Positions 54,484 to 64,000 of a stretch of 64,000 bases of DNA are shown one piece after another. The position numbers and the translations under genes were made by a program. This stretch comes from Octopus sinensis (taxonomy: Eukaryota): positions 104,842,001 to 104,906,000 of the forward strand of contig NC_042998.1 of NCBI RefSeq assembly GCF_006345805.1, given 5' to 3'. Numbering within the stretch: position 1 is the stretch's first letter; every line of letters begins with the position of its first letter. Under the pieces are notes generated by a model that saw only the letters and a program-made list of their open reading frames with translations, searched no databases and was not told the DNA's origin.

Positions 54484-55078
54484 ATGAGCGAAGAATTTGG
54501 AACAGATGATGCTAAAAAACAACATGGTTCTCTCACGAATGAAGAATTTCACCAAAGTTATGATTGTGAAACACAAAATTCGAACCACCTCGAAACCCTG
54601 CTTTCCGAATCTGATACCTTAAATAACACTGACAATATTGTGGCTAACAAACCTGATTCCAATGTTGTAAAACCTGATTTCTTTGATACAGATCCTGATT
54701 ATTTATGTGGAATCGGAAATTTCCGGCCAAAACAATTACAGCATTTTACAAACATATATTTTTTTATTATTTTCTACGCCGGACCTGCTCTTGTCACGTC
54801 TACTCTTACAAGTTATATCATATCTCAAGTTACAGCACTTGAACGACAATTTGGCTTTTCCAGTGCCAATAGCGGTTTTCTTTTGGCTTGCAATGATATT
54901 GGATTTCTCAGCACTGTTCTGTTGGTCAGTCACTGTTTTCGAAATAAGCATATTCCACGCGTCTTAGCAGCTGGCACATTCGTTTTTGGGATCTCTGGCC
55001 TTATATGTGCATCACCCTTCTTTTTGGATTCTTCAGCAATTACTGATCAACATCTTGAACATCCACCCACTGACAAAG
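54484..55078 (+). CDS. SLCO: SLCO gene 2 coding exon 1
   Basis: Acceptor ttttttcag|A at 54472, ATG at 54484; CGIGNFRP...[22 protein letters not shown]...KHIPRVLA; donor AAAG|gtatta. Confidence 0.9.
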
Positions 55079-55176
55079 GTATTAAATCAGCATCGACATC
55101 GTCGTCGTAATCACCATCATCATCACTACCACCACTACCACCACCACCACTACCACCAGTAGCAGCAGCAGCAGCT

Positions 55177-55214
<38 letters not shown>

Positions 55215-58200
55215 TAATAATTTTAACCACTTCGTTTATAACATTCAAACTTTATTATTAAAGGCGAAAGAAAGGCGGCGAGCTGCTGGCAGAAACGTTA
55301 GCACGCCGGGCGAGATGCGTAGCTGTATTTCGTCTGCCGTTACGTTCTGAGTTCAAATTCCGCTGAGGTCGACTTTGCCTTTCATCCTTTCAGGGTCGAT
55401 TAAATAAGTACCAGTTACGCACTGGGGTCGATATAATCGACTTAATCCGTTTGTCTGTCCTTGTTTGTCCTCTCTGTGTTTTGCCCCTTGCGGGTAGTAA
55501 AGAAATAGGTATTTTGTCTGCTGCTACGTTCTGAATTCAAATTCCGCTGAGTTCGACTTTGCCTTTCATCCTTTCGGGGTCGATAAATTAAATACCAGTT
55601 ATGCACTGGGGTCGACATAATCGACTTAATCCGTTTGTCTGTCCTTGTTTGTTTTCTCTGTGTTTAGCCCCTTGTGGTAGTTAAGAAATAGGTATTTCGT
55701 CTGCTGCTACGTTTTGAGTTCAAATTCCGCTGCGGTCGACTTTGCCGTTCATCCCTTTCGGGGTCGATTAAATAAGTACCAGTTACGCACTGTGGTCGAT
55801 TTAATTGACTACGCCCTTTCTTCCGAAAATTTCCAGGCCTTTTGCCTAGAGTAGAGATAAATAATTATCAAATGCAAAAGAGGTGGGATTCTGAAGACAA
55901 AATCCAATGCAATACTTAGTTACGTTCCCTCTACATTTCTGAGTTCATACGATACCCAGATCAATTTTGCATTTCATCTACTGGGCTCGATAAATAGTAC
56001 GTACCAGTCAAATGCTGGGATAAAGTTAATCGATTATATTTTTCCCCGAATTTCAAGATTTTAAAAGAACAATATTAAAGAACCTTGGTTTGGTAGAATT
56101 GGTCGAACAGTAAACTTAATCGTATTACTTTGTGGTATTTAATTATGTTTTTGTGCGATCTAACCTCTAAAACAGTCTACAATGCCTTTCATATTTCGGG
56201 ATCGATTAAATTAAGCACCAGTCAAGTACAGGGACTGGTTTTTATCAACTCTGCCCTTCTACAAAACAATATGTGGTCTTGTGGTTATGTTAGCAAGTAT
56301 TTAGAAGTAATATTTGTCTCTTAGACATAAGGTCGTTCATTTTCGTTGAAGCTTGATTGAATCGATCCCAAATTCTTGCTTGGCGCTTTATTGTATTATG
56401 GATAAAGTTGATTTTGTACTCCAATAATTCTTGCCAATCTATCATTAGTTGCTAACAAAATGCAATATAGCAATATATATGTTGTTGTTGTTATTCCCAA
56501 GCTGGCACTGAACTAGCAAACCTATATTAAAATGCTTCTTGCTATGAACTGTGATTTTTTTTTATTTTCTTTATGCCATTGTATTTGCTCTGGATTGTGT
56601 GATTTGAGAATACTTGCTATGTTACTGACTGTTCGACTATGACGAAGAACCTTGTTAGATGAACAAGGCATATGAATAATAAGTCATAAACACAATATGA
56701 CATTATCTTAGGCGTAACATGGCCGAATGCTTAGCAAGTTCGCTTCGCAACTACGTATCCAGTTTCGCTCCTACTGCGTGGCTTCTATTGCAAATCTCAT
56801 ATTATATAACCTCGAGTCAATTGAAACTGTGATGGAAACCCTTCAGGTGGATTGTACTTGTAATTCAAAAGGTTGTCTTCTCACGTGCTGTATCACGTTG
56901 ACTCCGCTTGGGAGTTACGTAAAGAGTATACGTATCTGTGGAATGTTTCGCCACTTACAAATTAGAGCAGGGCCAGATAATTCAGTTGATTGAACAACTG
57001 AATCTTCATTATCGAACGACGGAATCAACCATTATCATCCCATTATCATACGATACTTTTTTCGCTATGTAGCAAAACTGATAAAAGTTAGTTACCTGGA
57101 GGTTTTCTGCAGTGATAAAAGTAAACCTATTTCACAGTATCATAACATGCCATCTATTTTATAAAATTATATTATACTCTTCTGAAGGTTACGAAATTTC
57201 TAACTGAGTTATTTCTGTAAATTCATTTCTGTTATCATCAACATATTTCAGCTTATTTTATTTTTACGTGGATTTTTACCAGACAAATGTCTTCAAATAA
57301 TATAACCTCTACATTCTTTTCTACTCTAGGCACAAGGCCTGAAATTTTGGGGGAGGGGGCCAGTCAATTAGATCACCCAAGTACGCTACTGGTACTTAAT
57401 TTATCGATCCCCAAAAGATGAAAGGCAAAGTCTCGGCGGAATTTGAACTCAGAGCATATAGACTGACGAAATACTGCTAAGCATTTCGCTCGGCGTGCTA
57501 ACGTTTCTGCCAACTTGTTGCCTTGATATATCCTCTATATTACGCAGTAGAACGTGATGTTGACCTATAAACACATTTAATATATTTCATAGTATATTAT
57601 GGTTGAATAACGAAATACCACATACCTACAAGTCATTAATGTATCCTCTGTTTAAATTCGACCTGGATTGTTTCTTTATGACACCCTTTTGGGATTGATC
57701 AATAAGTTCCATTGAAACTGGATGAACATATAATTATCTATACTCACCTCTAAAATTCCTAACCTCACTTAATATACAAATCAATATTTACTTGAGTTTT
57801 ATCGACGAATTTTAGATGATTCTGGAGCAAATAGAAATGTTATTATTTTACCAGTCAAGTTTTGGACACAAAGATATTGACTATACCCTTCCCATCAGAA
57901 TTCTAGGCCACATGCTTATGCTTTCCTTTCAAAAAAAGGTGTCAGCTGGCAGAATAGCTAGCGCGTCCGGAAAAAAATTGCTTCGTGGCATTTCCGCTGG
58001 TTCAAATACCGCCGAAGCATTTTCTCGATTCAAATCTCGCCGAGGTCAACTTTGCCTTTCATCCTTTTGGGATCGATCAGATTAAGTGCTAGTAAATACT
58101 AGGATCATGCAATCGACTTTTCCCCCCGACTCCCACCCAGCAAAAATTCCTGGCCGTTCCTTTAGTAGAAAGAATTAAAGCAGCAGGCTAGCAGAATCGT

Positions 58201-59948
58201 TAGCACGCCGGACGAAATGCGTAGCCGTATTTCATCTGCCGTTACGTTCTGAGTTCAAATTCCGCCGAGGTCAACTTCACATTTCATCCTTTCGGGGTCG
58301 ATAAATTAAGTACCAGTTACGCACTGGGGTCGATATAATCGACTTAATCCGTTTGTCTGTCCTTGTTTGTCCCTTCTGTGTTTAGCCCTTTGTGGTAGTT
58401 AAGAAATAGGTATTTCGTCTGCCGTTACATTCTGAGTTCAAATTCCGCTGCGGTAGATTTTGCCGTTCATCCCTTTCGAGGTCGATTAAATAAGTACCAG
58501 TTCCGCACTGGTGTCGATGTAACCGACTTAATCCGTTTGTCTGTCCTTGTTTGTCCCCTCTGTGGGTAGTAAAGAAATAGGTATTTCCTCCGCCTTAAGT
58601 TTCTGAGTTCAAATGCATCGAAATCACCTTTGCCTTTCATCTTTTCGGGGTAGATAAGATAAGGACCAGTTGAGCACCAGCATCGATGTATTCGACTAGC
58701 CCCTTTTCCCAATTCGTGCCAAGATCAACTTTGCCTTTCATCTTTTCGGTATAGATAAAATAAGTACCAGTTGTACACTGGGGTTGATGCAATTGATTAT
58801 ACCCTTCATCCATAATTCCAGGTCTTGTGCCTAGAGTAGAAAAAAAGAAATTATTATTACGGAAGTGGTGAGCTGGCAGAATCTTTAGCACGCCAGGCGA
58901 AATGCTTAGCGGTATTTTGTCTGGCGCAACGTTGTGAGTTCAAATTCCGCTGAGGTTGACTTTGCCTTTCATCCTTTCGGGGTCGATTAATTAAGTACCA
59001 GTTACGCACTGGGGTCGATGTAATCGACTTAATACCTATGTCTATCCTTGTTTGTCCCCTCTATGTTTAGCCCCTTGTGGGTAATAAAGAAATAAGTATT
59101 TCGTCTGCCGTTACGTTCTGAGTTCAAATTCCGCTGGGGCCGACTTTGCCTTTCATCCTTTCAGGGTCGATTAAATAAGTACCAGTTACGCACTGGGGTC
59201 GATATGATCGACTTAATCCGTTTGTCTGTCCTTGTTTGTCCTCTCTGTGTATAGCCCCTTGGGGTAGTAAAGAAATAGGTATTTCGTCTGCCGCTACGTT
59301 CTGAGTTCAAATTCCTCCGAGGTTGACTTTGCCTTTCATCCTTTTGGGGTCGATTAAATAAGTATCAGTTACGCACTGGAGTCGATGTAATCGACTTAAT
59401 CCGTTTGTCTGTCCTTGTTTGTCCCCTTTATGTTTAGCCCATTGTGGGCAATAAAGGAATAAGAATCATTAGCACACAAAACAAAATTCTTAGCAGCATT
59501 TCGTACGAAAATTCTTAGCAGCAGTTCCACGCTCCATTTCCACCTGGGTCGACTTTGCTTTTTCATCCTGTGGGGGCTCGATAAAATAAGTACTTGCAGA
59601 GCACTGGGGTAGGTTTGATCAACTAAACTCTTCCTACAAAATTACAGGCTTTGTACCTACGGCAGAAATAATTTTTCAAATTTTTCTTGTGTTGTTACCC
59701 AGGTCGAAATTATACCAACGATGCACTTTACATGTGCACTGAGAAGCAGGATATAAAACCCCCAAATGAATCTTCTCCAACGAATTTATGGGCGCTTTCA
59801 CTGATCGCAATTGGGATGATGTTACAAGGAATGGGCAAATCTGTTAGAACACCATTGATAGCTGTATATGTTGATAACAACGTGAAGAGAACAAAAACTG
59901 GGAAGTATATGGGTAAGTGTCTTTTGCTTTTTCTCCCAATGTTCGTGT

Positions 59949-59986
<38 letters not shown>

Positions 59987-60114
59987 AGTGCGCCTACGCG
60001 TTTGTGTATAGCCTTCGACGTGTCTATTCAAAAGGTTTGTAAACCATATTTACAAGGTATTTACTCGCGCTCGAGCATGCGCACACGACTGCGAACAAAT
60101 AGATAGATAGATAA

Positions 60115-60196
<82 letters not shown>

Positions 60197-60455
60197 GGGC
60201 TTCTTTCAGTTTTCCTCTACCAAATCCATTCACAAAGCTCTTGTCGGCCCGAGGCAATTATAGAAGGCACTTGGTCAAGGAAACACGCAATGGGACTGAA
60301 CTCGGAACCACGTGTTTCGGAAGCAAACTTCTAACCACGCACACGTTTAGTTGTAAACAGGATTCAACACTTAAAACATGAGCGTATGCATGTGCATGTG
60401 TAAATGTGTGCGTGTGCGTATGTATGTATATATATATATATATGTATGTATTGCG

Positions 60456-60490
<35 letters not shown>

Positions 60491-62098
60491 CATTGGGGGG
60501 AAATAAATATTCGTACATGTCAAAATTCTTTATCTATTTAATTTCTAATGGGATATACCAATGGGATATACCAATACTATATTTGCATACACATGCATAA
60601 ACTAAGAATATGCAAAAGAAACTAACTAAGGAATTTATATACAATGATAAATATTTAGGGGTGAAAAAAGTATTCATACAGAATAAATTTATGATTTTCT
60701 ATGCCACAAAATACTGTTAAAATAATTTTTTTTACTAGAACTTTCTCGTTTGTTCCAATAATCTTATCAGTTGTCATTTTTAAGTTCAAAACACTAGCTT
60801 CTTCATTCAGCATTGAGACAACATAAAGTAGTATCGTAATAATGTTGAAAAGTAAAGAACTCACAAATTCAGTGAAAAACTTAATTATTGAACAGTGGAA
60901 AGCAGGTAAAAGTTACAGGAAAATATCAGAGACCCTTTGTATTCCATTTTCTACCATATCTTCATTTATTCAAAGATATTAAAAAATCGGGAACTGTTGT
61001 AAACAGAATAAGATCCGGTGCACCACGCAAGATTTCCCCTAGATCTTTAAGAAAAATGAAGCAAAGAATCGGAAAAAAACACAATGATCACCAGAAAAGA
61101 GTTGCAATAAGATTTGTTAGCTTCAGGGACTAGTGTTACACTACGAACAATCAGCAATGAACTTCATAGGAATGAACTGAAATCACGCTCTCCTAGAAAA
61201 ACTCCGCTGTTGACTAAAAGGCATAGAGATGCCCGTTTAAAATTTGTTTATAAACATAAAGATAAACCTGATACATTCTGGGAAAATGTTCTATGAACAG
61301 ACTAGTCGAAAATTGAATTGTTTGGATGAAATTCGCGTAGCCATGTCAGGAGGAAAGATGGTACTGCCTATTCGCCGTAAAACACATTCCCTACCATAAA
61401 GTTTGGAGGTGGCAACATCATGGTGTGGGGTTCTTTCTCTGAAAATGGTACTGGCAATTTACATGTGATAGATGGTAGAATGAATGTAGAGATGTTCCAA
61501 AATATTTTGAACAGCGATTTATGGGACTCTGTAGAAAAGCTCTAGCTTTGTGAAGGGTGGGTTTTATAACAGGATAACGATCCTAAGCATACGGCGAAGT
61601 CTACCAAAAAATGGATTGTCGATCACAATATAAAATTATTAGAATGGCTAAGCGAGTCTCCTGACTTGAACCCCATTGAAAATTTGTGGCATTATTTGAA
61701 AATTGAAATTCATTCAAAAGCCCCAACGTGCATTGCAGATTTGAAGAAAATTTGTCAAGAATGGGAAAAAATTCCTAGAGACATGCGAGTCATTGATTAA
61801 GAACTACAAGAAGAGATTGGTTGAAGTGGAACTGAATAATGGTTACGCTACGAAGTATTAAATCAGAATTATCAGTTATCTATGTTCTGTACGAATAATT
61901 TTTCCCCCCTAAATATTTATAATTGAATATAAATTCCTTAGTTACTATAATTTATTAGTTCCTTTTGCATATTCTTAGTTTATGCATGTGTATGCAAATA
62001 TAGTATTGGTATATCCCATTTATGTTCATTAGAAATCAAATAGATAAAGAATTTTGACATGTACGAATATTTATTTCCCCTCACTGTATGTATATATA

Positions 62099-62134
<36 letters not shown>

Positions 62135-62270
62135 TGTATTGTGTTATATATATATATATTGGCCTGCTCGCTTAGCCAGCGGGGTGGCGTCATTCGAAGG
62201 CTAAAACAATGCGAACGCATTGTGACCAGCGATGTGTAGCAACATCTGATGGTCTGTTCGGTCACGTGAT

Positions 62271-62313
<43 letters not shown>

Positions 62314-63277
62314 ATACAAAATAGTGGGGTTTAGTTCACAGGCGATCTAAACGATTAGGTACGCTAGGCAAATGGTGTGACGGATTACTAGAGCTCCAAA
62401 CTTTATGTGTGAGTGTGTGTGTCTTTGTGTATATTATCGACTACACATACTTCTTATATCCCCAATATTTGTTCGCCGGTAGGCTGAGGATAGCGCGGTG
62501 AGACTAACTCCCTCAAAGCGGCAGGTTTTAGAACACCTGGAAGTAAAGCAGTATTTCGACTGCCGTTACGTTCTGAGTTCAAATTCCACCGAGGCCGACT
62601 TTGCCTTTCATCCTTTCGGGGTCGATATGCACTGGGGTCGATGTAATCGATTTAATCCGTTTGTCTGTCCTTGTTTGTCCCCTCTATGTTTAGCCCAGGT
62701 ATTTCGTCTGCCGCTACGTTCTGAGTTCAATTTCAGCCGAGATCGACTTTGCCTTTCATCCTTTCGGGGTCGATAAATTAAGTACCAGTTGCGTACTGGA
62801 GTCGATCTAATCGACTGGACCCCACCCTCAAAATTTCGGGCCTTGTGCCTGGAGTAGAAAAGAATATATCTCTTTGTTTTCAGAAACTTTCATTTGAACA
62901 GCAATTCATATTTGATACGCACATTGGTAAAGGGGGTGGGGGTGGAGGAATGTTTGTTATCTAATAGTTCAATAATAGCTTTTTGAAAGATTTTATAATC
63001 TGACCAACTTTATAACATTAGCACTTTGTTCTTTACACGTATTTCTGTCATTATTTCATCAATCAATACTGATGCGCTGAAGTAATTACAGTTATCAAGA
63101 GGTTCACATGTTTCTTCGAAATTCTTCGCATTCGAGTTTCCATTCTTTTTGATATATTTCGTCACCTTTCTTTTGCTTTTAATATTTCAGGTATCATCAC
63201 AGCCATTGGAATATTTGGTCCAGCTGTATCTTTTTCGATAGCTACAGTCTTCAGCCGTATGCATTTTTCACTCAGAG
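54484..63277 (+). CDS. SLCO: SLCO/OATP-family transporter, gene 2 (partial; continues beyond the window)
   Basis: join(54484..55078,59703..59912,63191..63277). It has the same phase-1 junctions as gene 1. About 68/108 residues are identical to gene 1 across the TM1-3 block (hand count). Confidence 0.9.
55271..59670 (+). mobile_element. SINE family B arrays filling much of gene 2 intron 1
   Basis: Units at 55325, 55509, 55692; 58227, 58410, 58581; 58912, 59096, 59279. Further single or degenerate copies occur, including a minus-strand copy at about 57320-57525. Confidence 0.8.
59703..59912 (+). CDS. SLCO: SLCO gene 2 coding exon 2
   Basis: acccag|GT ... ATGG|gtaagt; [43 protein letters not shown]. 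Confidence 0.9.
60491..62086 (+). mobile_element. Full-length inactivated Tc1-family transposon (DD34E, long IR/DR ends, 1596 bp)
   Basis: TA flanks on both sides; ~195-200-bp TIRs (60491-60684 and 61885-62086) with inner and outer direct repeats. The transposase runs from ATG 60842 ([24 protein letters not shown]) to GYATKY* at about 61860. QDNDPKH...SPDLNPIE has exactly 34 residues between D and E; several stops and frameshifts. Confidence 0.92.
62487..62865 (+). mobile_element. SINE family B, head plus two bodies (first internally deleted)
   Basis: gtatttcgactgccgttacgttctgagttcaaattcc at about 62550 and again at about 62699. Confidence 0.7.
63191..63277 (+). CDS. SLCO: SLCO gene 2 coding exon 3 (missed by the ORF track)
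   Basis: atttcag|GT ... AGAG|gtaagt; [29 protein letters not shown]; the first 11 aa are identical to gene 1 exon 3; 87 nt. Confidence 0.9.
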
Positions 63278-63339
63278 GTAAGTGACCATTCACTGGTTTA
63301 CTTAGTCATTCACTCAGTCATTCATTCAATCAATCAATC

Positions 63340-63750
63340 TACCTTACCTACCGACCTACCTACTTACCTACCTACCTACCGACCTACCTACTTACCTACC
63401 TACCGACCTACCTACTTACCTACCTACCTACCTACCTACCTACCTACCGACCTACCTACTTACCTACCTACCTACCTACCTACCTCTTTACCTACCTACC
63501 TTCGACCGACCGACCTACCTACTTACTTACCTACCGACCTACCTACCTACCGACCTACCTACTTACCGACCTACCTACTTACCTACCTACCTACCTAACT
63601 AACTAACTAACTAACTAACTACCTATCTAATCTATTTATCTGTCTGTCAATCTATCTATCTATCTATTTATATATCTGTTTGCCGGTCTGTCTAACTATC
63701 TATCTATCTATTTATCTATCTGTCTGTCTATCTATCTGTCTGTCTGTCTT
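63340..63750. repeat. Compound tetranucleotide array (CCTA/CTAA/CTAT/CTGT)n
   Basis: Read directly from the sequence; the motif drifts stepwise along the array. Confidence 0.95.
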
Positions 63751-64000
63751 ACATGTCAAAAGTGAGGTGACAAGAAATAAAGTCTCTTCTAGTATTGACC
63801 ATTCTTAGATCTAGTAGCTAGAGCTTCCTTTATATCAAGGTCCCAAGCGTTATATATAAAAATCGTTAACTGCCAAGATATGAGGATCATTTATCCACTT
63901 CACTTGTTTGGCTGTATACAGCAATGCGTAAACAAAACAGTTTAGGACTTATTTTGCAGCCATAGCTGCCTGGTGGAAGATAAATAGTCACCCATCTTTC

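Overview
AT-rich, microsatellite-dense eukaryotic genomic DNA. The SINE, LINE and simple-repeat content suggests an octopus or other coleoid cephalopod; this is inference, not a search result. The window holds two tandem, same-strand organic-anion-transporter (SLCO/OATP) paralogues. Gene 1 is complete and was hand-assembled as 10 coding exons (2988-30822, 708 aa, all GT-AG, all phases compatible). Gene 2 starts at 54484 and shows 3 exons before the window ends. Between the genes are an intact intron-containing tRNA-Ile(TAT) and an inverted, decayed copy of the same locus. The rest is transposon debris: a non-autonomous Helitron carrying the 5' end of a LINE, R4/Dong-like, RTE and Penelope-like retroelements, a full-length dead Tc1 (DD34E, IR/DR ends), a maT-like fragment, and two SINE families, one forming 184-bp head-less concatemers. 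The most unusual signal is a set of hammerhead-ribozyme-like motifs. Several lie in (TA)n-embedded fold-back hairpins inside SLCO introns; in one, an intact sense-strand core is paired with a near-perfect 163-bp antisense arm. Intron 4 also contains a promoter-like cassette (3x E-box/E2F-like repeat, TATA, 3x covarying hairpin). No CRISPR array or rRNA was seen. All coordinates and alignments were done by eye.
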